Source: Tissierellia bacterium | GTDB taxonomy: Bacteria; Bacillota; Clostridia; Tissierellales; Tissierellaceae | DNA: 32,356 bases | Direction: 5' to 3' | Assembly (NCBI GenBank): GCA_012521625.1 | Contig: JAAYLY010000052.1 | Coordinates: 1 to 32,356 of the forward strand | Shown: piece after piece, positions 15,097 through 24,326 of the stretch | Numbering within the stretch: the first letter of the stretch is position 1 | Layout of the letters: each line of letters opens with the position of its first letter | The notes under the pieces: generated by a model | Database searches by the model: none | Seen by the model: the letters and a program-made list of their open reading frames with translations, nothing else | Told to the model about the DNA's origin: nothing | Position numbers and translations under genes: made by a program

Positions 15097-18000
15097 TTAT
15101 GACACCACCACATTGCCCTTTCCTAGTAGAGCCTCTAACTCCTTAATAGTATCTTCAAAATCACTATTAACCCATAGGGACCTATCTGCTATTAGGGTCT
15201 TCTTATCTTTTTCCAGATATAGGTAGACTGGAGTGTCCCCAGGGTTTTTCTTTAAAATTAAATTTATCCTATTAAAGATATCCTTATCCTTATCCCTTGT
15301 AATCTTTACATAAATCTTATCCAGATTTAATTTATTTAAGGCTGCAACCTTCTCACAGATGATCTTAGGCTCCTCTACTTCCGAGAAGCTTAACCTACCC
15401 TCTATGACCATCACCTCATCTTCATTTATGAGGTCATAGTATCTTTCATAGGTCTGTGGAAATACTATACACTCTATGGTTCCAAAGAAGTCCTCCAGGG
15501 TTATAAAGGCCATCATATTGTTATTCTTAGTTATTTTATTCTTCTTTTCTATAACTATACCACCAATCCTAATCCTCTGACCATCCCTTATATTTTGGAT
15601 TTCACCAGAAGTCTTATTAAACTCCTCATAGATGTGGGAGGTAGTTATGTTGGAGACCTTCTTTAATTCCTTCTCATAGGGTGCTAGGGGATGTCCCGAT
15701 ACATAGATGCCTAAGATCTCCTTCTCCATATTTAAGAGAATCCTCTGTGGAAATTCCTTTAAATCCGGTAAATTATCCTCCTTATCCACCTCCACGCTGT
15801 CAAAAAAGGAAAACTGTCCCTCTAAATTCTTCTTCCTGTCGGCATGGATTCCATCTATGATCTTTTCAAAAACGGCCAATAACTGTGCCCTATTGGCTCC
15901 CAGGCTATCCATGGCACCACATTTAATCAAGCTTTCCATAGCCCTCTTATTCATAGCAGTAGGGTCTACCCTTTCAATCCTTTCAACCAAGTCTGTAAAG
16001 CTGGTAAATTTACCTCCTTTTCTAGCCTTAACTATGGCAGTTATTAGGTTTTCCCCTACATTCTTTACTGCCGTTAGGCCGAAGCGGATCTTACCATTGG
16101 AGACGGTAAACTTATGGGAAGATTCGTTTATATCCGGTGGTAATACTTCTATGCCTAAGCGCTTACACTCTTGGATATAGAGTGAAACAGTGCTGGTACT
16201 ATTCATAACCGATGAAATTTGAGCTGCCATAAATTCCACTGGATAATAGTATTTTAACCAGGCAGTCCTATAGGCTATAACTGCATAAGCAGCTGAATGG
16301 GATTTATTGAAGGCATAGTTGGCAAAATCTATCATCAAATCATAAATCCTGTTAGCAGATGCCTCATCTACACCATTTCTTATGGCCCCAGGAATTATTA
16401 CATTCCCCTCCTCATCTTCCATACCGTAGATGAAGTGCTGTCTCTCCTGCTCCATGATATCCATCTTCTTCTTACCCATGGCCCGGCGGACTAAATCTGC
16501 TCTGCCTAGGGAGAAACCACCTATATCTCTTACTATCTGCATTACCTGCTCCTGATAGACTATACAGCCATAGGTTACGTCTAAAATACTCTCCAACTTA
16601 GGATGGATATAGCTGATTTTACTAGGGTCGTGCTTACATTCTACAAAGGTTGGAATCTGGTTCATAGGCCCTGGCCTAAATAGGGAGTTGGCCGCTATTA
16701 AGTCCTCAAAGACCGTTGGCTTTAACTCCTTAAGGAAGGCCCTCATACCTGCACTTTCAAATTGAAAGATGCCTAGGGTCTCTGCCCTTGCAAACATATG
16801 AAAGATATTAGGGTCATCGAAGTCGATCTGGTTGAAATCAACCTTTATACCATGATTTTCTTCAATTAGGCTTACAGCATCCCTGATAACAGTCAAGGTC
16901 CTTAAGCCTAGGAAGTCCATCTTCAACAGGCCCAACTCTTCCAGCTCTATCATATTAAATTGGGTGGATAGGGAATCTCCATTCCTCAGCAAGGGGACAT
17001 AGTTGGTTATGGGCTCCTTAGATATTACTACCCCGGCCGCATGGGTTGAAGTATGTCTAGGAAGGCCTTCCACCTTCATGGCATAATCTATTAGAAGGCG
17101 TATTTCTTCATTATTTTCATATTGGTCCCTAAGGGTTGGGTTAACATTCAAGGCCTTTTCGATGGTCATGCCCAATTCATTGGGTACCTGCTTAGCTATG
17201 AAGTCTACCTCCCCATAGGGCATATTTAAGGCCCTACCCACATCCCTAATGGCCCCCCTGGCCGCCATAGTACCGAAGGTAACTATCTGGGCTACCCGGT
17301 CGGCTCCATACTTCTCTATTACATATTGTATTACCTCTTCCCGCCTTTCGTAACAGAAATCTATATCAATATCTGGCATGGTAACCCTCTCTGGATTTAA
17401 AAACCTTTCGAAAAGGAGGCCATATTTAAGGGGGTCTATGTCTATTATGCCCAATCCATAGGATACGATGCTGCCTGCAGCAGAACCCCTACCAGGCCCT
17501 ACCATAATGCCGTTGTCCTTTGCAAACTTGATAAAGTCCCAAACTATTAAGAAGTAGTCCACATAGCCCATATCTACTATGGTCTTAAATTCATATTCGA
17601 ACCGTTCTCTAATTTCATCTGTAATCTCACCATACCTTTTCCTGAGACCTTCTAGGGTCAACTCCCTTAAGTAGGATTCATTGGTGTAACCTTCTGGGAC
17701 CTTATATTCTGGTAGGTGTAGGGTTGAAAAGTCCAGTTCCACATTGCATCTTTCGGCTATTTCTGCCGTATTCTCTAAGGCTTCCCTGTGGTTGGAAAAA
17801 AGCATAGCCATCTCTTGGGGGGATTTTAAGTAGAATTGGTCCGTAGGAAACCTCATCCTGTCCTCTTCATCTATGGTCTTGCCAGTTTGAATGCAGAGTA
17901 GGACGTCGTGGACCTTGGCATCTTCCCTCTTAAGGTAGTGGACGTCGTTGGTGGCCACTAGGGGGATGCCTGTCTCCTGGCTTATCCTAACTAGTAGTTC

Positions 18001-18567
18001 ATTGACCTGAACCTGCTCCTGAACCCCATGGTCCTGTAGCTCTAGGAAGAAATTACCCTTACCGAAGATAGCTTCATACTCCAGGGCCACCTCCTTAGCC
18101 CTATCATAATTATTATCCAATAAATGCTGTTGTACTTCACCACCAAGGCAGGCAGATAGGGCTATGATGCCCTTACTATACCTTCTTAGGATATCCTTGT
18201 CTACCCTAGGCTTATAGTAAAAACCGTTAACATAGCCTTCTGAGACTATCTTCATTAGATTTTGATAGCCTTCGTTATTCTCTGCCAATAGCACCAAATG
18301 GTACTGGTTCTTATCCTTAGGATCCTTTTCCGTATATTTGTTTAAAGCCATATATATTTCAGAACCTAATATAGGTTTTATATTCTGCCTCTTTGCCTCT
18401 TTATAAAATTCGATAATACCAAACATGGCTCCATGGTCGGTGATGGCTATGGCCTCCATGCCTAGCTCCTTTGTCCTAGATATTAACTCACCAATCCTGA
18501 TGGAGCCATCTAATAGGCTGAATTCCGTATGCACATGTAGGTGAACGAATCTATCATTTCTCGTCAT
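15097..18567 (-). CDS. dnaE: DNA polymerase III alpha subunit (DnaE type)
   Basis: PHP domain FVHLHVHTEFSLLDGS, polymerase core (GPGRGSAAGS, MPDIDIDF), C-terminal OB region, no internal exonuclease. Start moved to ATG at 18567, preceded by GGAGAGG plus 9 nt. The track start at 18585 is TTG inside the SD. Confidence 0.97.
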   Translation of the reverse strand: MTRNDRFVHLHVHTEFSLLDGSIRIGELISRTKELGMEAIAITDHGAMFGIIEFYKEAKRQNIKPILGSEIYMALNKYTEKDPKDKNQYHLVLLAENNEGYQNLMKIVSEGYVNGFYYKPRVDKDILRRYSKGIIALSACLGGEVQQHLLDNNYDRAKEVALEYEAIFGKGNFFLELQDHGVQEQVQVNELLVRISQETGIPLVATNDVHYLKREDAKVHDVLLCIQTGKTIDEEDRMRFPTDQFYLKSPQEMAMLFSNHREALENTAEIAERCNVELDFSTLHLPEYKVPEGYTNESYLRELTLEGLRKRYGEITDEIRERFEYEFKTIVDMGYVDYFLIVWDFIKFAKDNGIMVGPGRGSAAGSIVSYGLGIIDIDPLKYGLLFERFLNPERVTMPDIDIDFCYERREEVIQYVIEKYGADRVAQIVTFGTMAARGAIRDVGRALNMPYGEVDFIAKQVPNELGMTIEKALNVNPTLRDQYENNEEIRLLIDYAMKVEGLPRHTSTHAAGVVISKEPITNYVPLLRNGDSLSTQFNMIELEELGLLKMDFLGLRTLTVIRDAVSLIEENHGIKVDFNQIDFDDPNIFHMFARAETLGIFQFESAGMRAFLKELKPTVFEDLIAANSLFRPGPMNQIPTFVECKHDPSKISYIHPKLESILDVTYGCIVYQEQVMQIVRDIGGFSLGRADLVRRAMGKKKMDIMEQERQHFIYGMEDEEGNVIIPGAIRNGVDEASANRIYDLMIDFANYAFNKSHSAAYAVIAYRTAWLKYYYPVEFMAAQISSVMNSTSTVSLYIQECKRLGIEVLPPDINESSHKFTVSNGKIRFGLTAVKNVGENLITAIVKARKGGKFTSFTDLVERIERVDPTAMNKRAMESLIKCGAMDSLGANRAQLLAVFEKIIDGIHADRKKNLEGQFSFFDSVEVDKEDNLPDLKEFPQRILLNMEKEILGIYVSGHPLAPYEKELKKVSNITTSHIYEEFNKTSGEIQNIRDGQRIRIGGIVIEKKNKITKNNNMMAFITLEDFFGTIECIVFPQTYERYYDLINEDEVMVIEGRLSFSEVEEPKIICEKVAALNKLNLDKIYVKITRDKDKDIFNRINLILKKNPGDTPVYLYLEKDKKTLIADRSLWVNSDFEDTIKELEALLGKGNVVVS

Positions 18568-18618
18568 ATTTCTTGTCCTCTCCAATAATTCTACACTTTA
18601 TATTCTATCATAATTGGT

Positions 18619-18647
18619 AAAAAAATAAAGACTCTATAAAGAGTCTT
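18619..18647 (-). terminator. Rho-independent terminator after the HPr-like gene
   Basis: aagactct (18628-18635), loop ataa, agagtctt (18640-18647). On the minus strand it is followed by tattttttt. Confidence 0.7.
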
Positions 18648-18695
18648 AAACATCCTCTATTAAAGAAAGATCTTTGTACTAGAATCGATCTTCTA

Positions 18696-18971
18696 CTATT
18701 CAATTTCTTCAAATTCATTGGTAACCAATTCTGCTAAAGCTTTAATGGCTTCCTCCTCATCCCTTCCTCTGGCTACTATAGTAATCTCCTCACCATAAAA
18801 GGCTCCTAGGGACATGATACCGATGATGCTCTTACCGTTTACCTTCATACCCTGGTAGATGATTTCTATATCACTGTCGAACTTATTAGCTTCTTGAACA
18901 AATGCTGCTGCCGGTCTAGCATGTAATCCATCTTTATTTATTAATTTTACAGTTATCTTTTCCATCATCAT
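18696..18971 (-). CDS. HPr family phosphocarrier protein (His15 and Ser46 both present)
   Basis: DGLHARPAA (His15) and GKSIIGIMSLG (Ser46). Three consecutive ATGs overlap the whiA stop (GAATGATGATGG). With SD AAAGGAGA, the second or third ATG (18968/18965) is equally likely as the start. Confidence 0.9.
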   Translation of the reverse strand: MMMEKITVKLINKDGLHARPAAAFVQEANKFDSDIEIIYQGMKVNGKSIIGIMSLGAFYGEEITIVARGRDEEEAIKALAELVTNEFEEIE

Positions 18972-19918
18972 TCTCCTTTCAAATCTTCAGCTATTTCTTC
19001 TATTTTCCTAAATCTATGATTAACTCCTGATTTACCTACAGGTGGGTCTAACATGGCGCCAATCTCCTTTAGGGTGGCTTCAGGGTTATTTAGCCTAGCC
19101 TCAGCCACATCCCTCAACTTCTTAGGTAGCTTATCCAAGCCCATGAACTTTCTAATCTTCTCAATATTTTCAATCTGCCTCATGGAGGCATCTATGGTCT
19201 TAGACAAATTTGCCGTCTCACAATTTACCAATCTATTAATATTATTCCTGACTTCCTTTAATACCCGAATATCTTCAAACTTCAGCAGGGCTTGATGGGC
19301 CCCCATGATATTTAAAAGATCTACTATCTGCTCTCCTTCCTTCAGGTAAACAACAAAGTTGTCCTTCCTGACAACGATTTTAGAGTTAAGGCCAAAGGAA
19401 TTTATTATATTACAAAGGTCTTGGCTGTGTTCCTCCGTATTAGTAACGTATTCAAGATGGTAGGCCTTTTCTGGATTGCTGATGGACCCACCACCCAGGA
19501 AGGAGGCCCTGATATAGGACCTTTTACAACACCTTCTATCTAAGATCTTATCAGCTACCTTATACTCTATATCAAAGAGATTTGCATTCTCATCCTTCAA
19601 AAAACCAACATCTAATAATAACTGCTTAGTTATATCATTATCCCTAATTACGATCAGATAGCTGTTATTCTTCTTAAGTTGTTTGTTCCGCCTTACCATT
19701 ACCTCGATATCGCCCTCATACATGTCCTTAAGGAAGGCAAATATCCTTCTGGCTATTGCTGCATTTTCCGTCGTAAACTTTATGTTAAACTTTTTCATAG
19801 GAGATATCTGAATCGTACCACACATCCTTACTAGGGCTGCTAGTTCAGATAGTTTACAGCAGTTTTCAGTAATGGTTAGCCTAGCTAGTTCATTTTTTGT
19901 AGTTGAAGAAAAGGACAT
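18968..19918 (-). CDS. whiA: DNA-binding protein WhiA
   Basis: MSFSSTTKNELA... N-terminus, LAGLIDADG-fold middle region, C-terminal HTH (VGKSGVNHRFRKIEEIA). Conserved position after yvcK/NUDIX. Confidence 0.93.
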   Translation of the reverse strand: MSFSSTTKNELARLTITENCCKLSELAALVRMCGTIQISPMKKFNIKFTTENAAIARRIFAFLKDMYEGDIEVMVRRNKQLKKNNSYLIVIRDNDITKQLLLDVGFLKDENANLFDIEYKVADKILDRRCCKRSYIRASFLGGGSISNPEKAYHLEYVTNTEEHSQDLCNIINSFGLNSKIVVRKDNFVVYLKEGEQIVDLLNIMGAHQALLKFEDIRVLKEVRNNINRLVNCETANLSKTIDASMRQIENIEKIRKFMGLDKLPKKLRDVAEARLNNPEATLKEIGAMLDPPVGKSGVNHRFRKIEEIAEDLKGE

Positions 19919-19922
19919 ACAA

Positions 19923-20339
19923 TCACCTCAAGTCATCTCCTATTATCTCTAAACCCTTCCTAATAATCTTCTTTTCATCCTCATACTTTGCCATCTCTAC
20001 TGCCTTATCCATATGGACGAATTTTGCGTCTATAAAACCTTCCTTCTTCTGGGGTTTACATTCCATACTGTGGGATTTCATTAAGTACCAGTGGACTGTT
20101 TTGGAAACCATTTCATCTTCCTTTAAATTTTTATAGTGGTAATTAACCTTACCTATATATTGAATTATTTCAGCTTTCACTCCCGATTCTTCCAACACTT
20201 CCCTTAAGGCGGCTGTATGAAGTCTTTCTCCAACTTCAACCCTTCCTTTAGGTAAGACCCAATCTCCATTAAACTTCCTTAACAATAAGAGCGCATTACC
20301 AAAGATCACCACACCTCCGGAGCTTAATTCACTTAACAT
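19923..20339 (-). CDS. NUDIX hydrolase (YvcI-like position)
   Basis: Perfect Nudix box GRVEVGERLHTAALREVLEESGV (GX5EX7REUXEEXGU). Start moved to ATG at 20339, preceded by AGGAG plus 9 nt. The track start is GTG. Confidence 0.88.
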   Translation of the reverse strand: MLSELSSGGVVIFGNALLLLRKFNGDWVLPKGRVEVGERLHTAALREVLEESGVKAEIIQYIGKVNYHYKNLKEDEMVSKTVHWYLMKSHSMECKPQKKEGFIDAKFVHMDKAVEMAKYEDEKKIIRKGLEIIGDDLR

Positions 20340-20506
20340 AGTACCAACTCCTGACACAAATTTCCTTACGTCCTACTTAAGCCTATATTATATCAATTAT
20401 ACTATATTTTCGAACTATTTGTTAATATATTTTGTGCACTAATGCAATATTAATTAAAATATAATATAATTAGGAAAAGTAGGTAAAACCTTAGAGGAGG
20501 AGACTT

Positions 20507-21535
20507 ATGAGAAAGTTTATATTCGAAAAATTAGAAGCCCTATTAAATATACCCAGTCCAACTGGGAATACTGAAAAGGCTATGGCCTTTGTAGAGGAAG
20601 AATTTAAGAGCCTAGGATTAGACACCGGGAGGAATAATAAGGGGGCATTAATAGCTAGCCTTAAGGGCTTAAATGATGAAAGGGAAGTTACCCTATCGGC
20701 CCATGTGGACACCCTAGGAGCTATGGTTAAGGAGATAAAACCCAATGGCCGTTTGAAGCTTACCCAATTAGGGGGCTATGTATGGAATACGGTGGAAGGA
20801 GAATATGTGGTCATTGAAACCCTAGAGGGTAAGGAATATACGGGCACCATTATATCTACTAAAGCCTCTGCCCATGTTTATGGAAAAGATGCCGATGAAG
20901 TGAAACGGGATATGGACAATATGGAGGTAAGGATAGACGAAAGAGTTAACTCAAAGGAAGATGTTTTAAAACTAGGCATAAATGTGGGAGATTTCGTCTA
21001 TTTAGATCCTAGAACAACCATTACCCCTTCTGGCTTTATTAAATCAAGACATCTTGATGATAAGGCCGGCGTAGTTTCCCTCCTAGCCATAGCCAAGCAC
21101 TTGGTGGAAAATAATATTACACCTAAATATACTACTAACTTCTTTATATCCAATTATGAAGAAGTAGGCCATGGGGCAAGTGCCTCCATTCCGGAAAAGA
21201 CCTTTGAATTTATAGCAGTAGATATGGCTGCACCAGGAGAAGGGCAAACTTCAGACGAGTACAGCGTAACCATATGTGCCAAGGACAGTTCCGGCCCATA
21301 TGATTATGAGCTTAGGAAGAGCTTGATAAATTTAGCCAAGGAGGCAGGTTTAAACTACAAGATAGACATCTACCCCTACTATGGCTCAGATGGTTCTGCA
21401 GCCCTAAGGTCAGGCCATGATATTAGGGTAGGCCTAATAGGACCAGGTGTAGACGCATCCCACTCCTATGAAAGAACCCATGTAGAAGCTATAGAAAATA
21501 CCATTAAGTTGGGAATCTTGTATTTAACAAGATAA
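20507..21535 (+). CDS. M42 family metallopeptidase (glutamyl aminopeptidase / FrvX/YsdC-like)
   Basis: LLNIPSPTGNTEKA, SAHVDTLGAMV, RHLDDKAG, NYEEVGHGA, DASHSYERTH are metal-ligand-type motifs of M42. SD GAGGAGGAG lies upstream. Confidence 0.88.
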   Translation: MRKFIFEKLEALLNIPSPTGNTEKAMAFVEEEFKSLGLDTGRNNKGALIASLKGLNDEREVTLSAHVDTLGAMVKEIKPNGRLKLTQLGGYVWNTVEGEYVVIETLEGKEYTGTIISTKASAHVYGKDADEVKRDMDNMEVRIDERVNSKEDVLKLGINVGDFVYLDPRTTITPSGFIKSRHLDDKAGVVSLLAIAKHLVENNITPKYTTNFFISNYEEVGHGASASIPEKTFEFIAVDMAAPGEGQTSDEYSVTICAKDSSGPYDYELRKSLINLAKEAGLNYKIDIYPYYGSDGSAALRSGHDIRVGLIGPGVDASHSYERTHVEAIENTIKLGILYLTR

Positions 21536-21620
21536 AGATAATAAAACAAATGAAATTGCCATTTTAACTAAGCAAATTAATAATTAATTATTAATTATTA
21601 TATAGACATAAATAACACCA

Positions 21621-21667
21621 ATAAGTCATTCTAAGCTGTTTAATGCTGGGAATGACTTATTTTATAT
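21621..21667. terminator. Terminator hairpin between the convergent M42 and yvcK genes
   Basis: ataagtcattc (21621-21631) / gaatgacttat (21650-21660) with an 18-nt loop, followed by tttatatt on the plus strand. Confidence 0.5.
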
Positions 21668-21674
21668 TGAAATT

Positions 21675-22703
21675 TTATTCCCTTCCTTTAAATTCTTTTC
21701 CCATCTCCATCTCGGCTATATCCATTAAGATCTGGCTTAGGCGGTCGTTGTCGTGCCTGATATAATTCTTCTTTACGTCCACTAAGTCATCTTCGATTAA
21801 CTTAATACCCTTAAGCCTTAAATACTCCCTATCCCTATCCGTAAGCAGGACTGGCATGGAACCATCTGTTATATAGTTATCCAAGGTCTCCTTAGGTATC
21901 TCATCCACATTGGCAATTACATAGTCCAGTAGGTCCTCTCTGCTATGGTCTAGGATGGCCTTAACATGTTCTAAAACCCCAAATCCATCGGTCTCTCCTG
22001 GCTGGGTCATTACGTTTGTTATATATACCTTGGGGGCCTTGGCATTGTAAATCTTATCTACTATGTTATTTACCAGTAAATTAGGTATGACAGAAGTATA
22101 TAGGCTACCTGGACCTAGTACTATAATGTCTGCTTCCTTAATGGCACAGAGGGTATCTTCCAAGGGGTTGGACTTTCTAGGGTTGATGTAGACCCTCTTT
22201 ATCCTACTACCACTTTCTATAACCGCCTTGGGAATCCTAGATTCCCCATGGACTATCTCCCCATTTTCCAGTTTAGCATAGAGCTGGACATCGTCCAGGG
22301 TCATGGGATAGACCTTACCGGTAATGGCTAGAACATTGCTAGCCTCCCTTACGGCCTTTTCAAAACTTCCACAGATTCCTACCATTGCAGCTATAAAGAG
22401 ATTACCAAAGCTCTGACCCTCCAAGCGGCCATTGTCGAACCTATATTGGAGCAACTTCTCCATTATAGGCTCCGTATTGGCCAAGGCCAGTAGGCAGGAC
22501 CTGATGTCTCCAGGAGCCAACATACCTAAGTCCTCCCTAAGGACACCGGAGCCTCCACCATCATCAGCTACAGTTACTATTGCCGTAATATTAGGGGTAT
22601 ACTTCTTGATACCCCTTAGTAGTATAGACAAGCCTGTCCCACCGCCAATGGCTACGACCTTAGGCTTATTACAAGCATCAATAATACACTTATTCTTATC
22701 CAT
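21675..22703 (-). CDS. yvcK: YvcK family gluconeogenesis factor (UPF0052/CofD-like)
   Basis: VVAIGGGTGLSILLRGIK, VTVADDGGGSG, GPGSLYTSVIPNL. Confidence 0.93.
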   Translation of the reverse strand: MDKNKCIIDACNKPKVVAIGGGTGLSILLRGIKKYTPNITAIVTVADDGGGSGVLREDLGMLAPGDIRSCLLALANTEPIMEKLLQYRFDNGRLEGQSFGNLFIAAMVGICGSFEKAVREASNVLAITGKVYPMTLDDVQLYAKLENGEIVHGESRIPKAVIESGSRIKRVYINPRKSNPLEDTLCAIKEADIIVLGPGSLYTSVIPNLLVNNIVDKIYNAKAPKVYITNVMTQPGETDGFGVLEHVKAILDHSREDLLDYVIANVDEIPKETLDNYITDGSMPVLLTDRDREYLRLKGIKLIEDDLVDVKKNYIRHDNDRLSQILMDIAEMEMGKEFKGRE

Positions 22704-22713
22704 CTTCCTACCC

Positions 22714-23568
22714 CTATCTTTTAAGATCTCTATGATTTATGGTGGTCCTATGACCGTTGTTCTTAAGTATTTCCCCAATTTTATTGGCAATGGCCACTGA
22801 ACGGTGAAAGCCTCCTGTACAACCTATGCCTACAACTAGAAGGGTTTTGCCCTCATCGATATAATAGGGAATCAGAAATTCCAATAGGTCAATCACCTTA
22901 GATATAAAAATATTGGTCTGAGGCCATTTAAATACATAGTCCTGAACTTCCACATTCATACCCGATATGTCCTTTAATTCAGCTATATAATAGGGATTGG
23001 GTAAAAATCTAACGTCAAAAATCAGATCCCCATCCATTAACATGCCATTCTTAAAGCCAAAGGAAGTTACAGAAATAGTAATTCTCCTTCTTTCTCCACC
23101 TTCTAAAAAGATCTTGTAAATCTCTTCCTTCAGCATGCCGATGGTCAGTTTAGAAGTATCTATTATATAGTATGCCCTATCCTTTAATTCCTTTAAAATT
23201 ATCCTTTCCTTATTGATGCCATCAATGATGCTGCCCTCAGGAGTTAAAGGATGGGGCCTCCTTAATTCCTTAAACCTCTTTATTAAAACCTCATCGGCTG
23301 CATCTAAAAAGAGGATTTTATAACCTATGCCCTTCTGAACCAATTCCTCCAGGGAGCTGAAGAGATTGCCGAAGAATTCTCCTCCCCTTATATCAACAAC
23401 CACAGCAACCTTCTCCAAGGTCTTCTTAGATTCATAACAAAGCTCAGCGAATTTAGGTAATAATTGTGGTGGTAAATTATCCATACAATAATAACCCATA
23501 TCCTCCATAACCTTCATGGCTTGTGATTTCCCAGCTCCTGACATACCAGTAATTACTAAAAATTCCAA
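22714..23568 (-). CDS. rapZ: RNase adapter / nucleotide-binding protein RapZ (YvcJ)
   Basis: MEFLVITGMSGAGKS Walker A, DIRG, CTGGFHRSVAIA. Confidence 0.95.
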   Translation of the reverse strand: MEFLVITGMSGAGKSQAMKVMEDMGYYCMDNLPPQLLPKFAELCYESKKTLEKVAVVVDIRGGEFFGNLFSSLEELVQKGIGYKILFLDAADEVLIKRFKELRRPHPLTPEGSIIDGINKERIILKELKDRAYYIIDTSKLTIGMLKEEIYKIFLEGGERRRITISVTSFGFKNGMLMDGDLIFDVRFLPNPYYIAELKDISGMNVEVQDYVFKWPQTNIFISKVIDLLEFLIPYYIDEGKTLLVVGIGCTGGFHRSVAIANKIGEILKNNGHRTTINHRDLKR

Positions 23569-23585
23569 ACTATCACCACCTATAC

Positions 23586-24326
23586 CTATAGCCTTATATT
23601 CCTAATCCTCTCTAGAGGTAGCTTGGCTGCCTTAGCCCTTTCTAAGGCTACCCTTACCTCACCCACCTCTTCTGGCTTGTGGGCATCACTATTAACTACA
23701 AAATCCACATCTTCCTCCATAGCTATCCTAATACTTTCTACAGACAGCTGGCTATGTTTTGAATTTATCTCCAGTGCCGTTCCTACCTTAGCCGCTTCCC
23801 TGGCCAAGGCCCTTATGTCTACCCTGGCCTTTGAGCCAGGATGGGTAATAAAGTCAATCTTATACCTATTAATAGCCCTAACAAAGGCCTGGGTATTTAA
23901 TTCTATCATCCTCTCCCTACCCAGGGGCAGGACCTTAGATAGGGGGTTGCGGACATACATGCCAAAACTATCATAAAGACTATTGGGGATAATACCATAG
24001 TGGTAGCCCAATAGGAGGATATCTGTCATTTTAATCAAGTCCTCATCCATATCTATGGTCCCATCGTAGCCAATTAGATTGGCCTCTACCCCTAGTAGGA
24101 TCCTTATTCCCTTAGGGGCATATTCCTCATTTAGTCGATCTATCTCCCCCCTCATAAGGGGGATGTTTTTCTTTTTCACACCATAGAGGAAGTGACCAGG
24201 GCCATGGTCGCAGATGGCTATTTCTTTAAGGCCCTTTTTCAAGGCCGCTTCCACATTATCCCTAATGGTACCTTCCCCGTGGCTGTAGACCGTATGAGTA
24301 TGATAATCACCTATAAGTTCCATCAA
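23586..24326 (-). CDS. PHP domain-containing phosphoesterase (histidinol-phosphatase-like)
   Basis: DYHTHTVYSHG, ICDHGPG, HPG, NSDAH are PHP metal-ligand motifs. The ATG overlaps the murB stop (4-nt overlap). Confidence 0.85.
   Translation of the reverse strand: MMELIGDYHTHTVYSHGEGTIRDNVEAALKKGLKEIAICDHGPGHFLYGVKKKNIPLMRGEIDRLNEEYAPKGIRILLGVEANLIGYDGTIDMDEDLIKMTDILLLGYHYGIIPNSLYDSFGMYVRNPLSKVLPLGRERMIELNTQAFVRAINRYKIDFITHPGSKARVDIRALAREAAKVGTALEINSKHSQLSVESIRIAMEEDVDFVVNSDAHKPEEVGEVRVALERAKAAKLPLERIRNIRL

Noticed and set aside
20491-20745. 84-aa minus-strand ORF overlapping the 5' end of the M42 peptidase gene.
   Set aside because: It is antisense to a well-supported gene with a strong SD. 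The real NUDIX gene upstream region ends at 20339.
21570-21600. aattaataattaattattaattatta repeat after the M42 gene, as a possible repeat array or binding-site cluster.
   Set aside because: Simple AT low-complexity sequence in a convergent intergenic region. No spacer/repeat architecture and far too short for a CRISPR array.
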